Positions 39,474 to 49,515 of a stretch of DNA of 64,000 nt are shown here, one piece after another; position 1 is the stretch's first letter; every line of letters begins with the position of its first letter. The notes under the pieces were generated by a model. It made no database searches, was not told the origin of the DNA, and saw only the letters and a program-made list of their open reading frames with translations. The position numbers were made by a program, and so were the translations under genes. Source of the DNA: Thermoproteota archaeon (GTDB lineage: Archaea; Korarchaeota; Korarchaeia; Korarchaeales; Korarchaeaceae); contig JALSOH010000006.1 of the NCBI GenBank assembly GCA_026986575.1, forward strand, positions 384,001-448,000. Direction: 5' to 3'.

Positions 39474-41498
39474 TCAACCACAAGGGCGATTTAACTCTTT
39501 CTCATTTATTATCTCCAGAGCCCGTTCAACAGCTCCCATTCCATATTTCCCATCAGGTGCCCTCTCGTAGGCTACCACTCTATCTGACTCCCCCTCTGGA
39601 ACTATGAAGTCCAGATCCTGGGATGCAGGTTGTAGATTGGTTTCCAGTGAAATGAACTCGTCGCTCCACTTGAATCCCCTCCCGAACCTCCTGTCAGCGA
39701 ATATGAAATAGATAGCTGGACTAGTGAATTCTCTCCTGTAATTGTCCAGCAGGGGAAGTTGGATCTCGAACTTCTCCTTCCACTTTGCGTAAATGCCAAC
39801 CACTCCGATGGATAGGAGCCACTTAGGCAGTTTAGCTGATCTCCACCTAAGATCGTATCTCCCCTTGCCAGTTCTGACCCTGACAACTGGGTTCGGTTTT
39901 GATCCAGATCTCTCCCTCATTTCGTAGACGAGGGACTCCATGAGATCAGAGTACCATACCTTGAGCTCGTGTTGTTTCGATATCGCCATAACCGTGGACG
40001 CCACCTTCATGAGAGGTAGTGATAGCTCCTCACCGTCATCTGATGCCGAACTAACCCTTACTGTGGAGGTCAGATAGATTTTAGGGACTTCAAACCGCTG
40101 ATCTCCTCTTTCTATAGCCGTGAACTTCCTGTGAAATTCTTTGTCAGCGCAAGGGGAGATGTAAGAGGTGAAGAAATCAGCTCTTTTGCTCTTAGCCACT
40201 TCTAAAAAGGGAGGCAGGTTTTCCTTTCCATTCCTCAGGTTCAAACCATTTGAAAAGACACTTGAGATCTCTCTCCTCGCCCATGGCAGGTCCACATTGA
40301 AGAAGATCCCATGGGAGCCGTATCTCCTAGCTAGCCTGCCCAGCCTCTGGACCACTTTCATAACGCTCATTGAGTTCACCGAGACCATGGAGGCGGGATA
40401 CACGTCCAGATCCTCAAGCTCTATTCCCACTTCACCCACACTGGTCATCAAGATCGTGTCGGCCCCTTCTATCCGCTCAATATATCTCTCCCACAGCTTC
40501 CTAGGCATCTGAGAGTGGAGAATGACGGACTCCCCTCCTAATCTCTCTTGGAGGGATACAAGCATGTTAACGCTGTCAGCGTAGATTATCCGGGGAGCCT
40601 CCAACTCATTAACCAGTTCAACCAATCCCTCGAAATCGGAACGACCAAACGAGATGAGCTTATCCCCGGCCTCTCTATCTACTAGCTCCAGATTCCTCCT
40701 CTCTAGCGGGACAGACCTATTGATCACTCTAGTTCCAAACAGGTCCTCGAGCGAGCGAAGAGCCCTCTCTATGGAAAGAGGATCCATCGTGGCGCTTATG
40801 AAGAGGAGGAAAGTAGGCCCGCTCAGGGGTGCCGATATCTTCCATCTACCTATTTCTAGGAGAAGTGTCAGGAGCCTCACGAAGCTCTTGCCCGTGTAGA
40901 AGTGGGGCTCATCTATTATGTAGAGGTCCACCTCCGCAAGCCCTGAGATCAAGTTGAAAGGGGTTATCCTATCTCCTATCCCCAAGCTAGATGATCTTCT
41001 GACTGCTAGCGATGCCAGCATCTGCGGATTGGTGAGAACTAACCTCATCTCCTCCTTCAACTTGGAGAAAGCTCTCATCACTCTTTCAGCCTTGTCCTCA
41101 CGATTCATATCCCCTCTTATCTCGATGACCTCCACATCGCCTAGGGCATCCCTCATACCCCTATAGAGATCCAACGATCTCCCTCCCATCTGAGAGGCTA
41201 GGAACTTGGTAGGCGCTATGTAGACCGAGTTTAACTTGCTCAATCCCAATGAGAGCTGCTTTGCCACGGCTGCAGCGGCGATTAGGGAAAGGTGGCTCTT
41301 TCCAGCCCCAGTGTCTGCTGACACGTAGAGGGGGATGACGGAGTTGCTTTCCCTGACCTCCTCGGACAGTCTCAAGATTTCTGCCAGCACCTCATGCTGT
41401 GACTTGGTTAGAGAGAGGCTCAATCCCCCGTAATTTCTCTCGAGAAACTCCCTTCTCAGCGGAGGCTCCCAGTAGGCTCCCAACTCCCTGTAGGCCAA
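39474..41498 (-). CDS. cas3: Cas3' helicase without HD domain (type I-D-like)
   Basis: SF2 motifs DTGAGKS, YIAPT, IIDEPH, ISAT, LHS and QRLGRLAR; last gene of the Cascade operon. Confidence 0.75.
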   Translation of the reverse strand: MAYRELGAYWEPPLRREFLERNYGGLSLSLTKSQHEVLAEILRLSEEVRESNSVIPLYVSADTGAGKSHLSLIAAAAVAKQLSLGLSKLNSVYIAPTKFLASQMGGRSLDLYRGMRDALGDVEVIEIRGDMNREDKAERVMRAFSKLKEEMRLVLTNPQMLASLAVRRSSSLGIGDRITPFNLISGLAEVDLYIIDEPHFYTGKSFVRLLTLLLEIGRWKISAPLSGPTFLLFISATMDPLSIERALRSLEDLFGTRVINRSVPLERRNLELVDREAGDKLISFGRSDFEGLVELVNELEAPRIIYADSVNMLVSLQERLGGESVILHSQMPRKLWERYIERIEGADTILMTSVGEVGIELEDLDVYPASMVSVNSMSVMKVVQRLGRLARRYGSHGIFFNVDLPWARREISSVFSNGLNLRNGKENLPPFLEVAKSKRADFFTSYISPCADKEFHRKFTAIERGDQRFEVPKIYLTSTVRVSSASDDGEELSLPLMKVASTVMAISKQHELKVWYSDLMESLVYEMRERSGSKPNPVVRVRTGKGRYDLRWRSAKLPKWLLSIGVVGIYAKWKEKFEIQLPLLDNYRREFTSPAIYFIFADRRFGRGFKWSDEFISLETNLQPASQDLDFIVPEGESDRVVAYERAPDGKYGMGAVERALEIINEKELNRPCG

Positions 41499-42364
41499 GA
41501 GAGGTCCCCCTCAGTCACTAAGTAAGTTTCACCATCCATCACGGCGTAGTACCCAGATGAAGCTTCGAACTCTCCCCAAACAGCAGGTATCACCTCGGCC
41601 TTGGGTTGATACCCCTTCATCCTCTGGAAGATCTTCATCGTTCCAACGGGTCTGAGACCGTTCTCCTCGAGGCACTCGCTCACACCCTCCCCACACAAGA
41701 GCGGTTGTATGAGCCTACCCCTTACCTTATCGCCGACCCTCACGAGTTTGACCTTCTTCACCACAATGGGATGCATCTTGCCCCTGAAGGAGTGCTTGGC
41801 ACCGAATCCGAATTCCCTCATGGCGCTCTCCAATAAAATGAGGGCCCTCTCCAGTTCGTTCCTATCGTATGATAGTAGGGAGAATCTCCAGATGGCTCCA
41901 GGTGCCCAGAAGTAGTGTACGGTGTAGTTGATTACCCTCCTAGTGAGGTCTGAGTCAAGCCCGAATAACTGGTACCCGTACACCTTTAAGGGACCCATCC
42001 CAGCCCTCTTTATCGTGCCTAATGCCGTCGCAGTTCCATCCAAGATTACGTTGAAGTCCTCCCTGATCACCTTGCTTGATCTGAGCATGACCCCATCAGT
42101 CACGCCAACACGGGGTAACTTGCGCGACAGGAGTGTGCTATATTCCATGCCTATCTCGCTTTTGGAATTCACCCACCTGTTGTAGTAAGAGTAGAAGTTC
42201 TCCCCTTGGACGCTCATCACGACCCTCAGCATGGCTCCGGCCACTGCCGTCCTATAAATGAATCCCCCAGGCCTGAAGACATTCACCTTCATGGTGGTCT
42301 GGGTGGAGCACACGGGCTCGACATTAACGGCCCTTATGAAATAGAGATAGGGCTGGGAGGTCAA
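41456..42364 (-). CDS. cas5: Cas5-group RAMP (Csc1-like)
   Basis: Position after cas7; PGAIWRF and G-rich loop FGFGAK..RG; divergent. Confidence 0.6.
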   Translation of the reverse strand: MTSQPYLYFIRAVNVEPVCSTQTTMKVNVFRPGGFIYRTAVAGAMLRVVMSVQGENFYSYYNRWVNSKSEIGMEYSTLLSRKLPRVGVTDGVMLRSSKVIREDFNVILDGTATALGTIKRAGMGPLKVYGYQLFGLDSDLTRRVINYTVHYFWAPGAIWRFSLLSYDRNELERALILLESAMREFGFGAKHSFRGKMHPIVVKKVKLVRVGDKVRGRLIQPLLCGEGVSECLEENGLRPVGTMKIFQRMKGYQPKAEVIPAVWGEFEASSGYYAVMDGETYLVTEGDLSWPTGSWEPTGSLR

Positions 42365-43677
42365 CCGATTCCCCCCTCTCTCCCCCTTTTCTTCTGCTGT
42401 TGGGGAGCGAGATCCTTTATTGCATCATTATAGTTATTCCTGGCCCTCTTCGGCTTTCCCAGAAAATCTATAACCGAGGCAGCGTGTTCCACGAGCAGCC
42501 TGAACGCGTCATCCCTCTCCAAGAGGGACATCCCCTCACTCATGTAGTCTTCGAGCCTTTTTATCGCCTTCTCCCCTACATACCTTACCAGCACCGACTT
42601 CTCTCCTAACTTAGCCACGCATATTCCCCTACAATCGCCTACGACGTCGAAGAATGTGGCCTTATATCCAGCTTCTGGGTCCCTTACATCTATGGGCATC
42701 GACGGAGGCGGTGGATTTGCTAGATAACCCTCTACTGAGAAGACCTCATCCACGACTATCAGAGGGATACCCTCCTTCACACAGTGATCCCAAACGCCGG
42801 CGCCCGATGAGGTCTTGGCCCCCTTCCTGACATCTTTCACGAGATGCTCGTAGGCGAGCATGGCCAGCTCCAGTTTGGTAGGATTGAAGAGAGTTGTCTT
42901 GAAATATCCAGGCCCTTTGAACATGTACTCTACGAAGAACATCATTTCCTCACTAGTTCCCCCCTCCTGAGTCGTGCCAGCCCTAGGAACCCTGTTCCTC
43001 ACGATCTTCTCCAGTAGTGAGGGCTCGAGTATCCGACTGCCGGCAGGCAGGCCCAGCTCCTTCGCAGCTGACTTCACCGTGAAGTAAGTCTTGAAGTCGG
43101 TCTCCTTGTACTTCTTCTCCCAGTTGACCGGAACGGCTCCCTGCGTGGCGGTTGAGGCGGCAGCCCCCTCAGCTATGCAAGCTGGGCAAACCCCGCATGG
43201 ATCAAGAGGGGTGCAAGAGGCCATCTTCATCACCACATTCCAAAGAGCCCTCTTAGCTGCGTCGTCCTCTAGAATATCATTGGCGACCTCCTCCACTATC
43301 TTCAAGTACTCCTTGGCCTCCCTCCCACTCTTGTCATTGGCTATGGCATCTAGAAATGGGTGCATGATCCTTCGGAGCGTCTCCCTGAAGAAGCTCTCCC
43401 TGACGTAGTTGAACTTGGTGGCCCTTATCCTCGCCCTAGAATCGAACTCGTACTTTCCGTCCTTCTCGTAGAGGAAGGGTTCCAGATCTGTTACTGCTTC
43501 GTTTATTTCCAACCTCTCATTACCTGAAAAGGCCCTATCGAACTGTATGCATCCCCATACTCTCACAGCCGGTATGGAAGGGAGTAACCCTATCTCCCTT
43601 CCGAGGCCGGACGGTACCTTCGAGAGGATGTCCGGCAACTCGCCGGGATCGCTCACAACCTCCCACTTGAACTCCAT
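42361..43677 (-). CDS. cas7: Cas7 backbone subunit (Csc2-like, enlarged to 438 aa)
   Basis: Zn motif C....PCGVCPAC..EG, TL.NPT..EL and GAKTSS.G resemble Csc2 signatures; strong AGGAGGTG RBS. Confidence 0.7.
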   Translation of the reverse strand: MEFKWEVVSDPGELPDILSKVPSGLGREIGLLPSIPAVRVWGCIQFDRAFSGNERLEINEAVTDLEPFLYEKDGKYEFDSRARIRATKFNYVRESFFRETLRRIMHPFLDAIANDKSGREAKEYLKIVEEVANDILEDDAAKRALWNVVMKMASCTPLDPCGVCPACIAEGAAASTATQGAVPVNWEKKYKETDFKTYFTVKSAAKELGLPAGSRILEPSLLEKIVRNRVPRAGTTQEGGTSEEMMFFVEYMFKGPGYFKTTLFNPTKLELAMLAYEHLVKDVRKGAKTSSGAGVWDHCVKEGIPLIVVDEVFSVEGYLANPPPPSMPIDVRDPEAGYKATFFDVVGDCRGICVAKLGEKSVLVRYVGEKAIKRLEDYMSEGMSLLERDDAFRLLVEHAASVIDFLGKPKRARNNYNDAIKDLAPQQQKKRGREGGIG

Positions 43678-43694
43678 AAAACCACCTCCTTATA

Positions 43695-44273
43695 CTAATC
43701 ACTTAAACCGGCCTGAAACGGGAGAGGAACAGGAGAGGAGTTAGAACCAGCTTGACTCTGACTGGAACATCCCAAGCCCCTCTTGGAGCTGTCAAACAGA
43801 GAACTGAGCCTACCGTCCCAGCCGAAGTGCACGTAGATGTATGAGACGTCTCTAACCCCCATGATCCCTATCACCACCTTCCTCGCCCTTTCAGATCGAT
43901 TTGATAGCTCCTTCACGAGAACATCAGTTAACTTAGCCAGCGACTTTTCCGCCACGCAGCTGATCGACCCCCTCAGCTTTGACCTTATCTTATCCATGGC
44001 GTAATTCAGGAACTTACCAGAGTAGTTCTTCAAGGTCCTTACTGGGTCTAGCTTGGGATCAACGCAGGAGGCGAATCTCATGAAGAGTGAAAATTTCTCC
44101 GTCTGACTGCTGTCACTGCCCAGCAGGTTGGCGCTTCTTGACACCAAGAAGAGCAAGGCTCCCAGCGTAAAGGATATCTCCTCGCTTTCCAACTCTCCCA
44201 AGGATTTGAGCCTCCTCTCCAGCTCCTCGAACGAGGACGGGATGATCTCAACCCCACTTAGGCCCTCACCCAT
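43695..44273 (-). CDS. Putative small subunit (Cas11d-like / C-terminal part of Cas10d)
   Basis: Helical 192-aa ORF between cas10d and cas7 with its own GGAGGTG RBS; assigned by position. Confidence 0.5.
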   Translation of the reverse strand: MGEGLSGVEIIPSSFEELERRLKSLGELESEEISFTLGALLFLVSRSANLLGSDSSQTEKFSLFMRFASCVDPKLDPVRTLKNYSGKFLNYAMDKIRSKLRGSISCVAEKSLAKLTDVLVKELSNRSERARKVVIGIMGVRDVSYIYVHFGWDGRLSSLFDSSKRGLGCSSQSQAGSNSSPVPLPFQAGLSD

Positions 44274-46257
44274 TTTTGTTCAGCACCTCCCTGACCATCC
44301 TCAATGCCCCCAGCTCCCGAGACTCTCGCAAGTATTCCACGAGATCCATGAACTTCTCGAGCGTCAACCCCTTGGGAATCTTACCATCCATCTCCTTCAG
44401 TAGGATGGCCCCTATCTGAGCCCTGTCACCTTCCAACTTATGAACCATCCCTTCAGGCTTCAATCCCAGGTTTCTGAGCTTCTTGATGGATTTCCCTATT
44501 CTCTCCAGCAATTCAACGTAGTCCTCCGGATCCCACACCCCCCTCACGAGGATGTGGTCCCAGACCTGTCCCGGAGACATGGGCCCGTTCCCGATTCTCA
44601 GCCCCCATTCGAACTTGTAAGTCACGCGACCACAGGGAAGAACCACCTTCTCCTCCCCTAGCCCTTCCATCAAATCTGAGAGGAGAGAATTTAGCTCCCC
44701 CAAGAGATCCTCTCCTCTCGATTTCATGAGGGAAACCATGACGCTCAATCCGTACCTCCTGAAATCCCTCGAAGTGAAGGATGATCTGAGTTTAGAGAGC
44801 ATAAGTTCCCTGAGGTAGTAGGAGAATACCTCGACAACTAGGGGGTCCGTGTCCCCCGAGCAAGGAGGTGAAGTGATCTCCATGATCCTCTCGGTCCCGT
44901 AGAGAACGAAGGTCACTGGGACACCGCTATCATAGGAGCTCCTGCTGAAGAGCCAGAGGCATGTCGGGCAGAGGGGTCTATCGTTATGCTCAAGTCTGCC
45001 CTTGTAGTTGTAAATGCTATCGGATACGGCCCTCAGGTAACCTAGCTGCATGCTCTTCTCGAGAGTTACCATTTCACCGCTTAATCCCCTTGAGACTCCC
45101 TCACTATCGCCTAGATATTCCCTCAGCTCCTTTGTGTCCAGTACTTTAGCCATCGGCCTTCCGCAGGAGTAGCAGGGAAAGCCTTTATCCGTAGGAACAG
45201 GCCTGAAACCAGAGTGCAAGGCGTCTACCAGGGCATCCCTGAGCCTTACATCGAAGTTTTCCTTCCCCGCCACAAGGTTTATCTTCCAGTGACGGAGCGT
45301 TACTAGGTCCTCGAGTATATTGTTGGGAACGTTACTGAACTCCTTTCTCAAATTGAATTCCTCTTCAGGAGCTCCCAACCAGACGGCTACAATGATTGAG
45401 CTATTATCTTCTACCACCGAGCCCCTCAGGAGGGATAAACCGCCCCACTCGGTTCTCACTATTTCCTTGTCAACGATCTTCCTCAATGAATCATAGAAAC
45501 CTAAGAAAGCAGATACAACTGCCGTGGGCCTGGCTTCAAATAATGCGCGGTTGAGGGATAGAGAGATGACATGTATCGCCGGCTCACCCACCATCTGCTG
45601 GAGTGATCTTATCATCTCCACAATCTCGGTCACATCCGATTTGAAGGAGGGACCTCCCTCCCAAGCTGATGCTATGGAGTCAGCAACCCTCAAGCTCATG
45701 GAGTGGGCCTTGGCTAGGGGGATGGGATCTGGAAGGGGACATCCGATCTCATCAAAGAAGGAACCCAATGCCTCGGCAACCATTTCTATCTTCTCGGGCG
45801 TCCTCATTCCCTCATGAGATGCGTTAGCAGCTCTCAACACGTTCTCAATTATGGAGCCTTCCACCTCCCTCAGGAGGTCCCGTACCGAGCTCGGTAGGAT
45901 CGCCATCTCCTCATCCAGCAAGGATGACATGAGCAACCTTAGGGCCTCCTTATTCCTCTCCACATCCAAATTGCCGTGTCCATCGAACCTTCTCATTGCA
46001 TCCATATCTCTGACCATGTCCTCCGGCACAAACAGCTTATCGTAATCGTGGTAAAGGCTCTCCAAGAAGACTAGATCGCTGTAGGAATCCAGCAGCTCTT
46101 GGCCCATACCGCATTCCTTCGCGTGACGGGCGATCACGTATTGAGAGGGAAGGTTAAATATGGTTCTGAGGGTGTATACAGCTATCCCATGCTCGTAGAA
46201 GGTCTGGGTATTCCTTCCCCACTTACCCAGATTGGCCCTAATCATCGCCGGGGGCAT
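44266..46257 (-). CDS. cas10d: Cas10d-like large subunit with N-terminal HD nuclease
   Basis: HD motifs YEH, YHDYDK, SHEG and VADSIAS; Zn finger CYSCG...CPTC; heads the cas7-cas5-cas3' operon. Confidence 0.7.
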   Translation of the reverse strand: MPPAMIRANLGKWGRNTQTFYEHGIAVYTLRTIFNLPSQYVIARHAKECGMGQELLDSYSDLVFLESLYHDYDKLFVPEDMVRDMDAMRRFDGHGNLDVERNKEALRLLMSSLLDEEMAILPSSVRDLLREVEGSIIENVLRAANASHEGMRTPEKIEMVAEALGSFFDEIGCPLPDPIPLAKAHSMSLRVADSIASAWEGGPSFKSDVTEIVEMIRSLQQMVGEPAIHVISLSLNRALFEARPTAVVSAFLGFYDSLRKIVDKEIVRTEWGGLSLLRGSVVEDNSSIIVAVWLGAPEEEFNLRKEFSNVPNNILEDLVTLRHWKINLVAGKENFDVRLRDALVDALHSGFRPVPTDKGFPCYSCGRPMAKVLDTKELREYLGDSEGVSRGLSGEMVTLEKSMQLGYLRAVSDSIYNYKGRLEHNDRPLCPTCLWLFSRSSYDSGVPVTFVLYGTERIMEITSPPCSGDTDPLVVEVFSYYLRELMLSKLRSSFTSRDFRRYGLSVMVSLMKSRGEDLLGELNSLLSDLMEGLGEEKVVLPCGRVTYKFEWGLRIGNGPMSPGQVWDHILVRGVWDPEDYVELLERIGKSIKKLRNLGLKPEGMVHKLEGDRAQIGAILLKEMDGKIPKGLTLEKFMDLVEYLRESRELGALRMVREVLNKNG

Positions 46258-46557
46258 CCAATCACCCTACTATCAGCTATTATAAGATTTTGATGCATTT
46301 GTTTCAAAAAATGGGGGGGAGATGAAACGCTCGACAAACGATCCTCCCTCACTGAGGGATGGGCTTCGGACTGGGAGGGAACTTCGGTCCCATGGTCTCA
46401 CTAATAGCTTTAATGAGGTTCCTGGAAAATCAAAGTTCCCTGACAGCTTAATTCTCTAAATTAACGGATGATGGGACTCTAGAGATCATTAAAATCTACG
46501 GGATCGCTATTTCAATTGGGCGGATATTTATTAAAATCGGGAACCTCCAAGCCCAGA

Positions 46558-48084
46558 ATGCGCCTCCTGAAACGCCTTCTCTCTGAGATCAGGAGAGCTT
46601 CTTCGATCATGAGAGTGGATCCCCTGAGATCATCACCTAGGGAGGTGATGCTTGAAAACTTCGATCCAACCCCTGGCTACAGGTACGGGGTTGCTACCTC
46701 TGAAGGTAGGATGAGGATCTCCTCCAAGCTCAGCGACGAGCTCATAGAGTTAGTTATCAGGAGAGAGGCTTTTATACATCTCTTACCCGAAGGAGAGGGT
46801 GAGCTCCCCCAGATAATTGACCTGGCTTGGGCATACTCAGAACCCCCTGAAGACCTGTGGAAATCATGCTACTCAGCTCCAAAGTACGCCATGTTCCAGA
46901 ACTATGAGCCTTTCAAGATGTTCTATACCCTGCCAAGCAGGAAAAAGAGAATGGAAGCCTTAAGGCGTATTTTACTGGCTGTCAGGTCTCTCTCATCCCA
47001 AAGGGCATTGGATTTCCCTAGATACCATTATATCCTGAGGAGGATGCTTGCTCCCTTCTTTAAACCTACTCCAGCCGATAACAAGATGTTAAAGGTGCTC
47101 AAAAAGGACCCGTATGCCAGCAGGGACAAGTTGAGGAGGGAGACCGGTCTAAGCCCGGCATCGATATCTAGGAGTTTGAGCAGGCTGAGAGACATGGGAT
47201 TCATCTCCGGTCCTGCCAATGTTGACCTGAGCAAGTTGGGGCTACTTACGCTGGTCGTGACCTTTCCCAACAGAAGGGAACTAAGGGATTCCTTAATGAC
47301 CTTCCCCTTCACATACAGGGTGTTTGAACCAGTCTCAAGGGATGTGGACGCTCACGCTTTTCTGCTGATACCCAGGGAGGCCCTCAATTACATGGAATCT
47401 CTTGAGGAAATGGGACTTGGTGTGTATCAGGTGATCAAGCAGAAATTCATCCTGAACCTCTCACCCCCTAAGAATCCCATGGAGCTCCTGCTTGAGGCCC
47501 TTCAGGAGGAGCATGCCGATGTGGAATCAGGAATTGAGGTGAGCTGGCCCAAGAGAAAGATCAGTAGGGAGGATTTAAGGGTCTTGAACGTAGCTCTACT
47601 GAAAGGGGAGGTTAAGCCGTCCCATTTGAAGGAGATTGGCGTCTCTTCCCCGAGATACAAGCTCAGGAAACTCAAGGAGGAAGGGATCTTATCCCATTTC
47701 TACACTCTAGGCGTACCTCCTGCTGGTGATGACCTCCTCCTAAGGTTGGAGCTTGAGGAAAACCAGTTCAGGAGATTGGTCGAGGCTATAGGGAAGGTAT
47801 CCACCGTTATAGCTGCTTACATACGGGGTTCCTCATGGGAGGGGTCCATGGGGAGCCTCCTACCCAAGGATTATCTCAGGGGGAGGCTGGTCAGGGGGCT
47901 GAAACTTCTGCTGGGGGATAGGCTCATTTTGGCAGAGGATGCTATAGATTATTTGGGCGAGTGGACCATTCCCTTGCACCTATGGGATGAGGAGAAGCAG
48001 AGGTTCATGTGGGAGGATGATCTGAGCCTGCTACTCACTAGGATCAGGTTGGCCGTCAGGGAAGGCGTCTTGGGATTTTCTTAG
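46558..48084 (+). CDS. Large Lrp/AsnC-like protein with two wHTH domains
   Basis: DNKMLKVLKKDPYAS..KL..ETGLSPASISRSLSRL...G and EDLRVLN...YKLRKLKEEGIL; divergent from cas10d. Confidence 0.7.
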   Translation: MRLLKRLLSEIRRASSIMRVDPLRSSPREVMLENFDPTPGYRYGVATSEGRMRISSKLSDELIELVIRREAFIHLLPEGEGELPQIIDLAWAYSEPPEDLWKSCYSAPKYAMFQNYEPFKMFYTLPSRKKRMEALRRILLAVRSLSSQRALDFPRYHYILRRMLAPFFKPTPADNKMLKVLKKDPYASRDKLRRETGLSPASISRSLSRLRDMGFISGPANVDLSKLGLLTLVVTFPNRRELRDSLMTFPFTYRVFEPVSRDVDAHAFLLIPREALNYMESLEEMGLGVYQVIKQKFILNLSPPKNPMELLLEALQEEHADVESGIEVSWPKRKISREDLRVLNVALLKGEVKPSHLKEIGVSSPRYKLRKLKEEGILSHFYTLGVPPAGDDLLLRLELEENQFRRLVEAIGKVSTVIAAYIRGSSWEGSMGSLLPKDYLRGRLVRGLKLLLGDRLILAEDAIDYLGEWTIPLHLWDEEKQRFMWEDDLSLLLTRIRLAVREGVLGFS

Positions 48085-49492
48085 AGATCAGGGATTTGAG
48101 CCAGTTAACGTAATCACTGTCCACATCTGGGAGATATATACTCACTTCAGGATGACCACTGCCCTCCCTTTTGGCCAGCTCCGCGCGCACGAGGCCCTCC
48201 CTCATCAGGGCTTCCATGACCCTCCTCCTGCTTAGTATCCCCCTAGGATTCGAGAACCTGCCCCCAAGAAGGACCTCAATCTCCTCGACGGAAAGGCCCT
48301 TCTCCCTCTTCCTATCACTTATCTTCTTGGACAGGGATTTTTCGCACTCCTCTCCGGGATTGTATTCAGAGCACAGCCTCCTGCTCACTATCCTAGCAAA
48401 AATCTTTGAGCCTTTATAATCGGAGTCTAGGGCGTCCTTCATGCAAAGCATGGTGAGGACGAGAGCCTCCAAGTCTGAAAGCAAAGGGGTCCTGAACATA
48501 GGTGTTCTAAGCCCCAGCCTCGACATGGTCAGAAGAACCCTGTGGAGATCCTTGATTCTGACGCCAGAGAGGAACTCCCCGTGTATATATGAGTATGCCT
48601 CGTACCCCCTCCTTATTTCTGACTTGAAGGGCTCTGACAACCTCTTATAGGCGGAGTACATCCTCCTAGAAGGATAGAGGATCTTTGATGTCCAGAGGTC
48701 CGGGTTGAGATACACCAGACCCACGAACGCAGCCCAAGAATCCGATTCTTCTCTCCAGAGAGATGGGTTCGTGTAGAAAACCTTCTGCCCGAGTACGATG
48801 TCCGCCGCCATACGGAGTATCCGCCTCATCTTCCTCCTAGTATCCCTGTGAACACTCCCTGATTTCACCAATTGAGTTAGAAAGCCGTCCTTTGAGACTA
48901 AAGTTATATCCTTATATCTTAGCGGTTTCGATGGAAGAGGAACTTCTTTAAACGGAGATATTAGCTTCTCAGCGTCTCTCCTTCTGACATGGGCCAAAGA
49001 TCCCTCTAGGACGTAAATTTCAGTGTAAAAATTGGATGACCTGCTGCCCGGTAGGTCTGACAGCTTTCTATTCAGATATCCTCTAAAAGCATGAGAAAGG
49101 ATTCTCCATCTGGATATCAGGCTATCTAAATTCATATTTTTTCTGAGGAAAACGTTAACGGCCAATCTTACTGAAAAGAGCCCAAAGGAGTAGGAGTGCT
49201 CCATAAGGATTGGCAGCTCCGGTGAGGGAAGGCCCACGCGGTTGGGATCCAAACTGAAACCCTCCTCCAAGTTTACCTCATTGCCGCTCAGCCGCCTCAC
49301 TTTCCTCTCCACCAAGAAGCCTGCACACGGGAATTCCGGCCCGGGATTTCCATCTCTCAACTCCTTACTCTTGACGGCTCTACCCACCCCTCTCACGTCG
49401 TCCTTGGTCAAGGAGAGACATACCTCAGCAATTCTACTCATCATCCCACTTGGGTCAACCTTGTAGAACCTAGGCCTGAGACCAGCTCTCAT
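48056..49492 (-). CDS. Hypothetical protein with probable C-terminal wHTH, downstream of cas6
   Basis: 478-aa ORF with GLSVEEIE...VMEALMREGLV; starts 23 bp after the cas6 stop. Confidence 0.6.
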   Translation of the reverse strand: MRAGLRPRFYKVDPSGMMSRIAEVCLSLTKDDVRGVGRAVKSKELRDGNPGPEFPCAGFLVERKVRRLSGNEVNLEEGFSLDPNRVGLPSPELPILMEHSYSFGLFSVRLAVNVFLRKNMNLDSLISRWRILSHAFRGYLNRKLSDLPGSRSSNFYTEIYVLEGSLAHVRRRDAEKLISPFKEVPLPSKPLRYKDITLVSKDGFLTQLVKSGSVHRDTRRKMRRILRMAADIVLGQKVFYTNPSLWREESDSWAAFVGLVYLNPDLWTSKILYPSRRMYSAYKRLSEPFKSEIRRGYEAYSYIHGEFLSGVRIKDLHRVLLTMSRLGLRTPMFRTPLLSDLEALVLTMLCMKDALDSDYKGSKIFARIVSRRLCSEYNPGEECEKSLSKKISDRKREKGLSVEEIEVLLGGRFSNPRGILSRRRVMEALMREGLVRAELAKREGSGHPEVSIYLPDVDSDYVNWLKSLISKKIPRRLP

Positions 49493-49515
49493 TAAAGTTA
49501 GAAGGACCTTCCTTA

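Noticed and set aside
46341-46391. Short hairpins (CCCTC/GAGGG; UUCG-capped stem) between cas10d and the Lrp-like gene
   Set aside because: Stems of 5-6 bp are compatible with chance, and there is no complementarity to the CRISPR repeat.
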